Positions 49,151 through 59,444 of a stretch of 64,000 nt of DNA are shown piece after piece; position 1 is the first letter of the stretch, and each line of letters opens with the position of its first letter. This DNA is from Faecousia sp. (GTDB lineage Bacteria; Bacillota; Clostridia; Oscillospirales; Oscillospiraceae): assembly GCA_045658385.1 (NCBI GenBank), contig JAZOUW010000030.1, forward strand, positions 7,509-71,508, in the 5' to 3' direction. The notes under the pieces were generated by a model that did not search any database, had not been told where the DNA came from, and saw only the letters and a program-made list of their open reading frames with translations. Made by a program: the position numbers and the translations under genes.

Positions 49151-52100
49151 TTACATATATTTACTGAGGTGCTCTACGAAAACATTAGATTGCTTCAGGC
49201 TGTCAACGCCATTGACCAGTTTGAGGCGCAGTGTCGGTTCCTTTGCAGAGGCAATAAACTGGATTCTTGATTTATAATCTGCCTCTGCACACAGATTGCT
49301 GATCGCCTCAAGATTCAAGTTTGTCATAGTAAATAGCACATCGCCTGCTTTTTGGCGGATATCCTTGATGCCCAATTTTCTTGCATTGGCCCGAAGAAGT
49401 GCCACATCTATCAGATTTAAAACACCCTTTGGCGGATCTCCGTACCGGTCAATGATTTCATCTAAAAGGTCATCGGCATCTGTTTGCTCCCGGATTGCCG
49501 CGATGCGTCGATACAGATCCATCCGTTCTTCACCGCGGGAAACATAGTCTTTATTTACATTTGCTGTAATATTCAAATCGGCAGTACAGTCCGGCTCCTT
49601 TGGCTTTTCACCCCGTTCTTCCAGCACGGCTTCGTCCAGCAGCTTCAGATACATATCGTAACCCACAGACATCATGTGGCCGGATTGCTCCGCGCCAAGC
49701 AAATTTCCTGCGCCGCGAATTTCAAGATCACGCATTGCAATTTTAAAACCGGAACCAAAGGCTGCAAAATCGCGGATTGCCGCCAGCCGTTTTTCTGCGA
49801 CTTCCGTCAGGGACTTATCCGGACGGTAGGTGAAATAGGCATATGCGTGGCGTGTAGAACGACCAACGCGACCACGAAGCTGGTGCAGCTGACTTAAGCC
49901 AAAACGATCTGCGTTTTCAATGATAAGCGTGTTGACATTGGGAATGTCCAAACCTGTTTCGATGATAGTGGTGCAAACAAGAACTTGAATTTCACCGTCT
50001 GCCATGGCGTGCATAACGTCTGCCAAGGCGTCTTCACCCATTTTTCCATGGGCTACAGCCACACGTAAATTGGGGATGCGCCGCTTCAGCGCAGAGGCAC
50101 ACTGGTCAATGGTATCCACCCGATTGTGCAGGTAGTATACCTGACCGCCACGTTCAATTTCCTTACGAATGGCATCATCAACAATGGCGTTATTATGCTC
50201 CATTACAAAGGTTTGCACCGGGTATCTGTCGGCAGGGGGTTCTTCAATTGTGGACATATCCCGAATGCCGGACAGCGCCATATTCAGCGTCCGGGGGATA
50301 GGGGTGGCCGACAGAGTCAGTACGTCCACACCTTTTGAAAGTTCCTTAAGTCGTTCTTTATGGCTTACGCCAAAGCGCTGTTCTTCGTCAACAATCAGCA
50401 AACCTAAATCCTTAAATTGGACGCTTTTTTGCAGCAGCTTATGGGTACCGATTATAATGTCAACGAGACCGGTTCTTAATTTATCCAGGGTTTTCTTTTG
50501 CTGCGTAGGGGTACGGAAACGGCTTAACATGTCGATATTTACCGGAAAGCCGCGGAAGCGGGTAATTGCAGTTTGATAGTGTTGCTGTGCCAATACGGTT
50601 GTAGGTACCAGTATGGCTGCCTGTTTTCCATCCATAACTGCCTTCATAATCGCACGCATGGCAACTTCGGTCTTACCAAAGCCTACGTCGCCGCATAGCA
50701 ACCGATCCATGGGAATCGGGGATTCCATATCGGATTTAATTTCGCTGACACAGCGTAGCTGATCGTCTGTTTCCGGGTAGGGAAAATTATCTTCAAATTC
50801 TAACTGCCACGGAGAATCGGCAGCAAACGCAAATCCGCTTTGCCGTTTTCGTGCGGCATAAAGCTGGATCAATTCGCCAGCCATATCCTTTGCGGCTTTT
50901 CTGGCTTTTGTTTTTGTTTTTTGCCATGTATCTGTACCGATTTTGTTCAGCCGAACATTACCGTCTTCACCGCCACCAATATATTTGCTGACCAAATCCA
51001 GCTGGGTGGCCGGGACAAACAATGTGTCCGTTCCGTGGTAGGCAATCTTGATGTAATCTTTAATAACACCGTCAATGTGGATTTGCTCCATGGCGACGAA
51101 ACGACCAATGCCGTAGTTTTCATGGACGACCAAATCTCCCGGAGAAAGGTCAGTAAAAGCGTTGATTTTTTGGCGGTTGGTGGCTGATTTCTTTGCTTTT
51201 CGCTTTCGTTCGCCCTGGGCGATTAGCTGTCCTTCGGATAAAACAGCAAGCTTTGCGCCTGGATACTCCATACCAAAGGGGAGTGTGCCATCTGACAGAA
51301 GAATCTCTCCCGGTTGCGGCATGACCGTCAAAGGAATGGACAAATGGGCGGTTAGTCCCTTTTCCCGAAGCATATCCTGCATAAGCTCTGCGCGACGGCG
51401 GGAGCCACAAAGTACCAAAGAGGAAAATCCTGCATTTTGATAATGGGCAAGATCAGAAACGGATGCATCCAAACTGCCTCCATAGCTGGGCAGTTGCTTT
51501 GCTAGCATGGGAAGGAGCATTTTTGGCTGGGATTCCTCGGGATAGGCAGCACCGGAAAAGGAATCCATATACACAACGGCATACTTGGAAAGAATGGATG
51601 CGAAATCTTCCCATTGGCACACAAAATCACATAGCTCACCGGCAGCAAGTCCACCCTGCAGGATGCTATCCAGCTGCATCCCCATTTCTTCTGTACGTCT
51701 GCCGGACGCCCGGTGAAGATTACTTTGGTCACACAAAACAAAAAGTGCATCTTTTGGGATATAATCCAACGCGGTTGTAAACTCCGGATAAATCAGCGCC
51801 ATGTAACGGTCTGATGCAGGATTTTGCACTGAATTTTGGAATTTATTCAAATCACGCTCCAGTGTGGCAATTAAGGCTTCGTTGGGCGCTTTTCTGCGCT
51901 TTTGTCGGGCGATTACATTTTTAATATCGTCACAAAGACCGGAAAGACCCTTTGGATGGAGCGTGGGTTGGGTTTCACTCACCGGCAGAATGGTAACCTC
52001 GCTTATGTTTTCGGTTCTGCGCTGGGTATCCGGGTCAAAGTAACCCATGGTATCTAATTCATCACCAAAAAATTCTGCCCGGATAGGGCGGTCGGCAGCG

Positions 52101-52651
52101 GGGGAGAATATGTCTATAATGCCACCCCTGACTGCAAACTGACCGGGACCTTCTACCATTGGACTGCGACTATAACCGGCTGCTGTAAGCTTTTCCAACA
52201 ATGCATCTAAGAGATATTCCTGGCCAACACAGATTGTAAATGTTGCTTGTTCAAGAATACTGGGGGGCATTGTGCGCAGGGATAATGCATCCCACGACAT
52301 GATCTGTATAGGCGTGTTGTTCTTGAAAAGATGGTGTAGTTGTTTTAACCGTTTCTGTTCCCATTCTCTGGAAACAGCGGCAGAATCGTAAAGCGTCAAA
52401 TCTCTGCTGGGCAGAACAGGAATTGTAGCGCCCAGAAAGGCCTGGAGCTCCTCCTGCAGCCGTTTCGCTGCAAAATCATCCTGGCATATCAGCACAAGAG
52501 GACGGGCGCAATGCTTGCATAACCCGGCAATCGTGTGGCTGCGATTGATTTGCCCAATTCCTGTAACGGCACAACAATCTCCCCGGGACACACAAGATAA
52601 CATATCTTTGTATTCCGGGATCGTATTCAGAAAGGATAACAGCTTTTCCAT
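49151..52651 (-). CDS. mfd: Transcription-repair coupling factor
   Basis: VRGGIIDIF, GDLVVH..YGIG, MDRLLCGDVGFGKTEVA, DEEQRFGV, SATPIPRT, QLRGRVGR, DLEIRGAGNLLG. Confidence 0.97.
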   Translation of the reverse strand: MEKLLSFLNTIPEYKDMLSCVSRGDCCAVTGIGQINRSHTIAGLCKHCARPLVLICQDDFAAKRLQEELQAFLGATIPVLPSRDLTLYDSAAVSREWEQKRLKQLHHLFKNNTPIQIMSWDALSLRTMPPSILEQATFTICVGQEYLLDALLEKLTAAGYSRSPMVEGPGQFAVRGGIIDIFSPAADRPIRAEFFGDELDTMGYFDPDTQRRTENISEVTILPVSETQPTLHPKGLSGLCDDIKNVIARQKRRKAPNEALIATLERDLNKFQNSVQNPASDRYMALIYPEFTTALDYIPKDALFVLCDQSNLHRASGRRTEEMGMQLDSILQGGLAAGELCDFVCQWEDFASILSKYAVVYMDSFSGAAYPEESQPKMLLPMLAKQLPSYGGSLDASVSDLAHYQNAGFSSLVLCGSRRRAELMQDMLREKGLTAHLSIPLTVMPQPGEILLSDGTLPFGMEYPGAKLAVLSEGQLIAQGERKRKAKKSATNRQKINAFTDLSPGDLVVHENYGIGRFVAMEQIHIDGVIKDYIKIAYHGTDTLFVPATQLDLVSKYIGGGEDGNVRLNKIGTDTWQKTKTKARKAAKDMAGELIQLYAARKRQSGFAFAADSPWQLEFEDNFPYPETDDQLRCVSEIKSDMESPIPMDRLLCGDVGFGKTEVAMRAIMKAVMDGKQAAILVPTTVLAQQHYQTAITRFRGFPVNIDMLSRFRTPTQQKKTLDKLRTGLVDIIIGTHKLLQKSVQFKDLGLLIVDEEQRFGVSHKERLKELSKGVDVLTLSATPIPRTLNMALSGIRDMSTIEEPPADRYPVQTFVMEHNNAIVDDAIRKEIERGGQVYYLHNRVDTIDQCASALKRRIPNLRVAVAHGKMGEDALADVMHAMADGEIQVLVCTTIIETGLDIPNVNTLIIENADRFGLSQLHQLRGRVGRSTRHAYAYFTYRPDKSLTEVAEKRLAAIRDFAAFGSGFKIAMRDLEIRGAGNLLGAEQSGHMMSVGYDMYLKLLDEAVLEERGEKPKEPDCTADLNITANVNKDYVSRGEERMDLYRRIAAIREQTDADDLLDEIIDRYGDPPKGVLNLIDVALLRANARKLGIKDIRQKAGDVLFTMTNLNLEAISNLCAEADYKSRIQFIASAKEPTLRLKLVNGVDSLKQSNVFVEHLSKYM

Positions 52652-52688
52652 GACCAACCTCACAGAGAATTTCTTTCCACGGGGAAAC

Positions 52689-52716
52689 GCGGAAAGGGGA
52701 GTTTTCCCCTTTCCGT
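52689..52716 (-). terminator. Stem-loop between pth and mfd
   Basis: GCGGAAAGGGGA-gttt-TCCCCTTTCCGT. Confidence 0.55.
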
Positions 52717-52732
52717 GAAAAAGTTACAATAT

Positions 52733-53323
52733 TCAACAAGCACCGTTATACCGGTTTGCAGCTTCGGGCACACCTTTATCTATAATGCACACAGCCGCAT
52801 CCGCGGCCTTTTCAAGGGCTGCGGAAAGGGCCTTTTCTTCCTGGGCAGAAAAGGATGACAAAACCCAATCGGCCAAATCACGATCCGGGTTATCATTTGC
52901 GCCTACGCCAATCTTAATCCTGGGGAAATTCTGACAACCAAGTTCGCTGATAATGGATTTTATTCCATTATGTCCACCGGCAGAACCGTCGCCGCGTACA
53001 CGCAGTCTGCCGAGAGCGAGGGAAATGTCATCAAATATCACGATAATCCGCTGGGGCGGAATACCAAAATAGGCAGAAAGCTGCAACACGGACCGTCCGG
53101 ACAAATTCATAAAGGTTTGGGGCTTTAGCAAATACAGCTTTTTGCCGTTTTGGACAGTTTTTCCATACAGACCTTGAAATTTCAGCTTGTCAATCTTACA
53201 ACCGAGCTTTTGCGCAAGAATGTCCATTGCGCGAAAACCGCAGTTATGGCGCGTGTTTGCATACTGACTGCCTGGATTTCCAAGACCGACAATCAGCCAG
53301 CTTTCACTCTTTTTGCCAAACAT
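52733..53323 (-). CDS. pth: Peptidyl-tRNA hydrolase
   Basis: LIVGLGNPG, TRHN, KPQTFMNLSG, GSAGGHNGIKS. Confidence 0.96.
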   Translation of the reverse strand: MFGKKSESWLIVGLGNPGSQYANTRHNCGFRAMDILAQKLGCKIDKLKFQGLYGKTVQNGKKLYLLKPQTFMNLSGRSVLQLSAYFGIPPQRIIVIFDDISLALGRLRVRGDGSAGGHNGIKSIISELGCQNFPRIKIGVGANDNPDRDLADWVLSSFSAQEEKALSAALEKAADAAVCIIDKGVPEAANRYNGAC

Positions 53324-53326
53324 AAA

Positions 53327-54292
53327 TCAAAACAGATCAGCGATGGAAGTGCCGCCGTGAACATGGGAAATGGCGCGGGCAAAGATGGGGGCAACATCCA
53401 ACTGCTTAATCTTCTTGCAGGGGCAATCTTCAGACACCGGAATGGTGTTGTGAACGACCAGTTCCTTAATAGCACTGGCTTCAATGCGATCAAATGCAGG
53501 GCCGGACAGAACGCCGTGGGTAGCACAAGCGAAAACTTCCTTGGCACCGCCGACCTCAACCAGAGCGTTGGCAGCGTTGCAAAGGGAACCGGCGGTATCA
53601 ACCATGTCATCAAACAGAATGCATGTCTTACCCTTAACATCACCGATGACATTCATGACCTCGCAAACGTTAGCCTTCTGACGGCGCTTATCTACAATAG
53701 CAAGACCCATATGGACCTTGGCTGCAAAGGCGCGTGCGCGGGCAACGGAGCCGACATCGGGGGAGACAACCACAAAGTCATCATGATTAAACTTATCTTC
53801 CGGGAATTTATCGAGGTAGTATTTAACGAAGGTAGGGTTGCCCAACAGATGATCCACGGGGATGTCAAAGAAACCCTGAATCTGTGCAGCGTGCAGATCC
53901 ATCGTCAGCACACGGTCGGCACCGGCTGCAGTGATCATATTGGCTACGAGTTTAGCGGAGATGGGGTCGCGGCTCTTGGCTTTGCGGTCTTGACGGGCAT
54001 AACCAAAGTAGGGAATAACGGCAGTGATGCGGCCTGCAGAAGCGCGACGGCATGCATCAATCATGACCAACAGCTCCATTAAATGATCGTTTACCGGCTT
54101 GCAGGTGGACTGAATCAGAAAAACGTCCGCACCGCGAACGGTTTCATGTAGGGAAACAGAAGCTTCGCCGTCAGAAAAAGTCTGAACGGTGCTGTTTCCT
54201 AATGTCAGTCCCAATTCCTTACATACGGTCTGCGCAAACGCAGGGTTGGAGTTGCCACAGAAGACCTTAATGTTTTCACCATACGCAATCAT
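53327..54292 (-). CDS. prs: Ribose-phosphate pyrophosphokinase
   Basis: FSDGE, PYFGYARQDRK, DLHAAQIQGFF, VSPDVG, DDMVDTAGS. Confidence 0.97.
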   Translation of the reverse strand: MIAYGENIKVFCGNSNPAFAQTVCKELGLTLGNSTVQTFSDGEASVSLHETVRGADVFLIQSTCKPVNDHLMELLVMIDACRRASAGRITAVIPYFGYARQDRKAKSRDPISAKLVANMITAAGADRVLTMDLHAAQIQGFFDIPVDHLLGNPTFVKYYLDKFPEDKFNHDDFVVVSPDVGSVARARAFAAKVHMGLAIVDKRRQKANVCEVMNVIGDVKGKTCILFDDMVDTAGSLCNAANALVEVGGAKEVFACATHGVLSGPAFDRIEASAIKELVVHNTIPVSEDCPCKKIKQLDVAPIFARAISHVHGGTSIADLF

Positions 54293-54520
54293 CAAAAATA
54301 CCTCGCTTTATTCATCTTTTTCTACCCACAGTCATGCTATGGTATATTCGGTATCCATTATAACATTATTCACTAGAAAAAAGCAACACCGAAGACGATA
54401 AAAAAGCAACGAAAAAACGACAAAAATATAGATTCTCTTATAGCAAACCGACGAGAGAAGATGGTTTTTGTTAATCTGCTGTTTTTTTGGAGAAGAAAAA
54501 GATTTTGTTATAACTTCCAC

Positions 54521-54549
54521 TTGTGTAGGCGGCAGAATTGTGGTATAAT
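54521..54549 (+). promoter_or_regulatory. sigma-A promoter of uvrA
   Basis: TTGTGT-17bp-TATAAT with extended -10 TG. Confidence 0.6.
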
Positions 54550-54584
54550 AATATGAAAAACTTTGGTTTAGTGGGGAGCAGATT

Positions 54585-57407
54585 ATGCAGGATAAGATTC
54601 AGATTCAGGGCGCCCGTGAAAACAACCTGAAAAACGTCAATCTCACAATTCCCAGAGATAAACTTGTTGTGTTTACCGGCCTGTCCGGTTCCGGTAAATC
54701 CAGCCTTGCTTTTGATACGATTTTTGCGGAAGGCCAGCGTCGGTACGTTGAAAGCCTTAGTTCTTATGCGCGACAGTTTTTAGGACAAATGGAAAAACCT
54801 GATGTAGACTCCATTGACGGCTTGTCGCCGGCTATTTCTATTGACCAAAAAACAACATCGAAGAATCCACGGTCAACGGTTGGAACAGTGACGGAAATTT
54901 ATGACTATCTGCGTCTTTTGTGGGCCCGGGTAGGCATTCCCCACTGTCCGCATTGTGGTAAAATAATCCAGCGGCAGACAGTTGATCAAATAGTGGATAA
55001 GATTGAGACCTTGGGCGAGGGAACCCGGTTTGTGGTCCTTTCTCCAATCATTCGGGGCAAAAAAGGCGAGCATGTGAAAGTTTTCGAAGATGCGCGGAAG
55101 TCTGGTTTTGCCCGGGTGTGCGTGGATGGGATTCTCTATGATCTTAACGAGCAGATATCCTGCGAGAAGAACAAGAAGCACACCATTGAGTTGGTTATTG
55201 ACCGTCTTGTAATCCGTGAGGGGCAACGCCGCAGATTGACCGATTCTGTGGAAACTGCATGCCACCATTCCGGTGGACTTGTGGTGATTCAGCTTCCGGA
55301 CAGGAATGAGAAAATCAGCTTTTCCCAAAACTACGCCTGCGAGGATTGTGGGATCAGCCTGACCGAACTGGAGCCCAGAATGTTTTCATTTAATAATCCC
55401 AGTGGGGCATGTCATAGCTGTACCGGGCTGGGCTTCCAGTTGGTTGCAGATGAAGATCTGGTGATACCGGATAAGAGCAAGTCAATTTTTGGCGGTGCTA
55501 TTCAAGCGTCCGGATGGAGTAATGCCCGTACAGACTCCATCTTTCGCATGTATTTTGAAGCGCTGGCGCAGAAATACCATTTTTCCTTAACTGCGCCTTT
55601 CAGCGAACTTTCACAAGAGGCAAAGAATGTTATTTTGTATGGTACCGGCGGAGAAAAGTTGCGCATGACTTACAACCGCGGTAACGGTATGGGTGTTTTG
55701 GAGCAACCCTTTGAAGGCATTCTGAATAATATCAGCCGACGTTTCCGGGAAACCCAGTCTGATGCGGCGAGAAAAGAATTGGAAGATTGCATGGAATCTG
55801 CACCTTGTCCTGATTGCCATGGGGATCGCCTTTCTGACATTGCCCGGGCGGTTACTGTCGGAGGAATTGGCATTATGGACTTTTGCCGGATGAGTATCCG
55901 GGATGAGCTTGCATTTATGGAGAATTTGCAGTTGCAGGGCAATATGGCGTTGGTTGCAGCACAGATCGTCCGGGAGATTAAAGCAAGACTTCGTTTTCTT
56001 ATGGACGTAGGTTTGCAGTATTTAACACTATCCAGATCTGCATCTACGTTATCCGGTGGTGAAAGTCAGCGTATTCGTTTGGCAACACAGATTGGATCTT
56101 CCTTAATGGGTGTCCTGTATATTCTGGACGAGCCATCCATCGGTCTGCACCAGCGGGACAACGATAAACTGCTTGCCACATTAAAGCGGTTGCGCGATCT
56201 GGGCAATACATTGATCGTTGTGGAACATGATGAGGATACAATGCGCGCTGCAGATTATATTGTGGATGTAGGTCCCGGCGCCGGTTGTCACGGCGGAGAA
56301 ATTGTGGCGGAGGGTTCTTTAGAAGATATTATTCATACTCCCAATTCCATTACAGGTCAGTATCTTTCCGGCGCCAGAAAAATTCCGGTACCCAAGATGA
56401 GAAGATCCGGAAATGGAGAAATGCTTACAATCCGCGGCGCTACGGAGAATAATTTAAAGGATGTAGATGTTTCAATTCCGTTGGGAACGTTTACTTGTGT
56501 TACGGGTGTGTCCGGTTCCGGCAAGTCAAGCCTTGTGAGTGAAGTCCTGAATAAAACGCTTTTAAACAAACTGAATCACGCGCGTACACGACCCGGCGCG
56601 TGCCGTTGTGTTGAGGGTTTAGAGCATCTGGACAAGGTTATTGATATTGATCAAAGTCCCATTGGACGCACACCTCGATCCAATCCGGCAACCTATACCG
56701 GCCTGTTTAATAATATCCGCGATTTATATGCATCTACTGCGGATGCAAAAATGCGCGGCTATGGGCCCGGACGGTTTTCTTTCAATGCCAAAGGCGGCCG
56801 CTGTGAAGCTTGTAACGGCGATGGTCTTGTGAAAATCGAAATGCATTTTCTGGCGGATGTCTATGTGCCGTGTGATGTTTGTCACGGACAGCGGTACAAC
56901 CGTGAAACGCTTGAGGTACAGTATAAAGGAAAGAACATTGCTCAGGTTTTGGATATGACTGCAGAAGAAGCGCTGGATTTCTTTGGTAATTTGCCGAAAA
57001 TTGCCAGAAAAGCCCAGGCGCTTGTTGAGGTCGGCCTTGGGTACGTCAAGCTGGGTCAGTCCAGCACGACCTTATCCGGCGGCGAAGCACAGCGGGTGAA
57101 GCTGGCTACAGAACTGGCAAGATCTTCTACCGGCAGCACCATTTATGTGCTGGACGAGCCAACTACCGGTTTGCATGCTGCGGATGTTCATAAACTGATC
57201 AATGTATTGCAAAGACTTGTGGACGCGGGAAATACCGTGCTGGTTATTGAGCATAATTTGGATGTGATTAAGACTGCGGACTATATCATTGATTTAGGTC
57301 CGGAGGGAGGCGACGAAGGCGGCTACATTGTAGCCCAGGGAACGCCGGAAACGGTAGCTGCCGAAAAAGGCAGCTATACAGGTCAATATTTGAAGAAATA
57401 TTTGTAA
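54585..57407 (+). CDS. uvrA: Excinuclease ABC subunit A
   Basis: [23 protein letters not shown], two ABC cassettes, zinc fingers, [12 protein letters not shown]. Confidence 0.98.
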   Translation: MQDKIQIQGARENNLKNVNLTIPRDKLVVFTGLSGSGKSSLAFDTIFAEGQRRYVESLSSYARQFLGQMEKPDVDSIDGLSPAISIDQKTTSKNPRSTVGTVTEIYDYLRLLWARVGIPHCPHCGKIIQRQTVDQIVDKIETLGEGTRFVVLSPIIRGKKGEHVKVFEDARKSGFARVCVDGILYDLNEQISCEKNKKHTIELVIDRLVIREGQRRRLTDSVETACHHSGGLVVIQLPDRNEKISFSQNYACEDCGISLTELEPRMFSFNNPSGACHSCTGLGFQLVADEDLVIPDKSKSIFGGAIQASGWSNARTDSIFRMYFEALAQKYHFSLTAPFSELSQEAKNVILYGTGGEKLRMTYNRGNGMGVLEQPFEGILNNISRRFRETQSDAARKELEDCMESAPCPDCHGDRLSDIARAVTVGGIGIMDFCRMSIRDELAFMENLQLQGNMALVAAQIVREIKARLRFLMDVGLQYLTLSRSASTLSGGESQRIRLATQIGSSLMGVLYILDEPSIGLHQRDNDKLLATLKRLRDLGNTLIVVEHDEDTMRAADYIVDVGPGAGCHGGEIVAEGSLEDIIHTPNSITGQYLSGARKIPVPKMRRSGNGEMLTIRGATENNLKDVDVSIPLGTFTCVTGVSGSGKSSLVSEVLNKTLLNKLNHARTRPGACRCVEGLEHLDKVIDIDQSPIGRTPRSNPATYTGLFNNIRDLYASTADAKMRGYGPGRFSFNAKGGRCEACNGDGLVKIEMHFLADVYVPCDVCHGQRYNRETLEVQYKGKNIAQVLDMTAEEALDFFGNLPKIARKAQALVEVGLGYVKLGQSSTTLSGGEAQRVKLATELARSSTGSTIYVLDEPTTGLHAADVHKLINVLQRLVDAGNTVLVIEHNLDVIKTADYIIDLGPEGGDEGGYIVAQGTPETVAAEKGSYTGQYLKKYL

Positions 57408-57411
57408 AAAA

Positions 57412-57437
57412 TCCCCCCCGGCATTTGGCCGGGGGAG
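57412..57437. terminator. Hairpin between convergent uvrA and kinase-like gene
   Basis: CCCCCGGC-atttg-GCCGGGGG. Confidence 0.65.
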
Positions 57438-57442
57438 GGCAA

Positions 57443-58504
57443 TTACCTATAAAGCTCAGCAGGTAAAATATCAGAAAGCTCTGTCAGCGTGTGATCATAG
57501 GCACCTGCGTAGTCAACAGGCAGACGGATGCCGGAACGAAGCTTTGGACTCTTCAAAGATTCAATTGGAATGGTCATGGTGAAGCGTATGCCAAAGGATT
57601 CGGATTGCTCCAACAACAGTGTGCCACCATGGGCGGCAGCGGTTTTTCGCACAATTGTCATTCCCAGACCAATGCCTATGTTGGGATTATCAATGCCCGG
57701 TTCCCGCAGATAGTTGGCGTAAATATTACCGGACTGATTGCACGCTTCCTTTGCACAGATGTTTCTCACTGTGAAATAGAGTTTTGTTCCGCTGCTGCGC
57801 AGAGACACTTCAATGGTACTGCCTTTGGGAGAAAACTTCACTGAATTGGATACCATATTAAGCAGCGCTCTTTCTAACTTTTCTGCATCAACCAGCGTGC
57901 TGACCGGCTTGGAAAGGCCGGTGTATTCTAGCTTGTGCTTTCCTACGGAAAGCAACTGCGCTGTTTTTTCCATGACTTCGCTAAAAATACTGCCAATTTC
58001 CCGATATTCAAATCTGGAAGACCGCGCGTTTTGATGGTGGGCAGCGTCAGACATGTTGCAAATTGCCCGATGAAGCCGATAAAGGTTTTTATTAAGCTGA
58101 TATAGTTCCGGAGAATCTTCCGGGGCAATATCTGAAATCAGACCATTTGCGCAGGTCATGGCATTGGCTAAAGGTTCTCTCAAGTGCTGTGCGGCTAATG
58201 CGAAAGCGCGTAATTCCGCTTCGGCATAGTCAGACTCCAGATAGAAAACGTGGTACTGATCGCAATTTACGACTGTTACATTTACAGGGGCATCGAAAAC
58301 AGACAGTGTAAGACAGAGTTTACCCTCTGTAAATTCGGCATACTCTTCAGCACCAATCATGATGTAATCAGCAATATCTGCTCCAACGGAAAACAGTCGT
58401 TTTTGCGCAGCTTGATTGGCCTGGACAATGACACCGTTTTCCACGGCAAATGCAGGGGAGGGTATATTCTCCAGTATTTCCGTAAAATTTAGAGATCGTT
58501 CCAT
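57443..58504 (-). CDS. Soluble orphan histidine-kinase-like protein (PAS-like + HisKA-like + HATPase_c) with degenerate H and G1 boxes
   Basis: ILENIPSPAFAV..GVIVQANQAA PAS start; AAQHLREPL H-box region; DAEKLERALLNMVSNSVKF N-box; GIGLGMTIV G2; no TM; no adjacent response regulator. Confidence 0.8.
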   Translation of the reverse strand: MERSLNFTEILENIPSPAFAVENGVIVQANQAAQKRLFSVGADIADYIMIGAEEYAEFTEGKLCLTLSVFDAPVNVTVVNCDQYHVFYLESDYAEAELRAFALAAQHLREPLANAMTCANGLISDIAPEDSPELYQLNKNLYRLHRAICNMSDAAHHQNARSSRFEYREIGSIFSEVMEKTAQLLSVGKHKLEYTGLSKPVSTLVDAEKLERALLNMVSNSVKFSPKGSTIEVSLRSSGTKLYFTVRNICAKEACNQSGNIYANYLREPGIDNPNIGIGLGMTIVRKTAAAHGGTLLLEQSESFGIRFTMTIPIESLKSPKLRSGIRLPVDYAGAYDHTLTELSDILPAELYR

Positions 58505-58551
58505 CTTGCGCCTCCTTCTGGCATAGGATGTGCACTTTTGTGAGAAATATA

Positions 58552-58568
58552 GTCGACCTTTTTCGACA
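58552..58568 (-). promoter_or_regulatory. Tandem Spo0A boxes
   Basis: Minus strand TGTCGAA-AAA-GGTCGAC: one perfect 0A box and one 2-mismatch box at 10-bp period. Confidence 0.6.
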
Positions 58569-58579
58569 TGCTTATATTT

Positions 58580-58608
58580 ATTCTAACGAATAGTTGAAAA
58601 AATAGCAA
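58580..58608 (-). promoter_or_regulatory. sigma-A promoter of kinase-like gene
   Basis: TTGCTA-17bp-TAGAAT on the minus strand. Confidence 0.65.
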
Positions 58609-58633
58609 GAACAATTGTAATTGAGGTGAAAAA

Positions 58634-59389
58634 ATGTCAATCCATAAAGGACATCGGCAACGTATTCGGGAGCGTTTTTTGAAATCCGGTTTGAGTGGAT
58701 TTGAAGAACATGAGGTGTTGGAACTTCTTTTGTTTTACTGCATTCCCCGGTGTGATACAAATGGAATTGCTCATAATCTCGTCAATCGGTTTGGATCTTT
58801 TGCCCAGGTGCTGGATGCACCTGTCAGCGAATTGGAAAAGATTGGCGGAATTGGCGCAAATGCAGCAGTATTTCTTTCCTTAATGCGCCAGGTCAGCGGC
58901 TATTATCAGATCAATCGTTTTGCCAAAAATGAGGCACTTACGTCGACGGACGCCTACGGCAGATATCTGATCCCATATTTTGCTACCCAAAGAAGTGAAG
59001 AAGTATATCTTCTTTGTCTGGATGCAAAGTGCATGGTCTTAAGCTGCCAGAAGGTTGGAGACGGCAGTATTAACGCTACCAATATCTCTATTCGTAAAAT
59101 TGTAGAGATGGCCCTGGCGGCAAATGCAACGTCGGTGGTTCTGGCCCATAATCATCCCAGTGGTATTGCCATACCTTCTGCAGAAGATATAGCAACGACC
59201 AAATTGGTAGCCAACGCGCTGATTATGGTTGATGTAATTTTAAGCGATCACATTATTGTGGCAGACGGCGATTATATATCTTTGGTCCAGTCTAACCTTT
59301 ATAATCCGGATGATGTGTATGATGAGCTAATCCAAGAGGTCCTGCGTAGCGACATTGTAATTCCGGAAATTCCCGATAAGCCGGAATAA
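58634..59389 (+). CDS. radC: RadC family (HhH + JAB domain) protein
   Basis: HKGHRQRIRERF, ELLLFYCIPR.DTN, LAHNHPSG...PS.ED, DHIIV. Confidence 0.93.
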   Translation: MSIHKGHRQRIRERFLKSGLSGFEEHEVLELLLFYCIPRCDTNGIAHNLVNRFGSFAQVLDAPVSELEKIGGIGANAAVFLSLMRQVSGYYQINRFAKNEALTSTDAYGRYLIPYFATQRSEEVYLLCLDAKCMVLSCQKVGDGSINATNISIRKIVEMALAANATSVVLAHNHPSGIAIPSAEDIATTKLVANALIMVDVILSDHIIVADGDYISLVQSNLYNPDDVYDELIQEVLRSDIVIPEIPDKPE

Positions 59390-59444
59390 CGCATAACGCT
59401 TTCATTTTTATAGTTATAGTAAGTGCTGTGAAAGGAGTGAGAAC

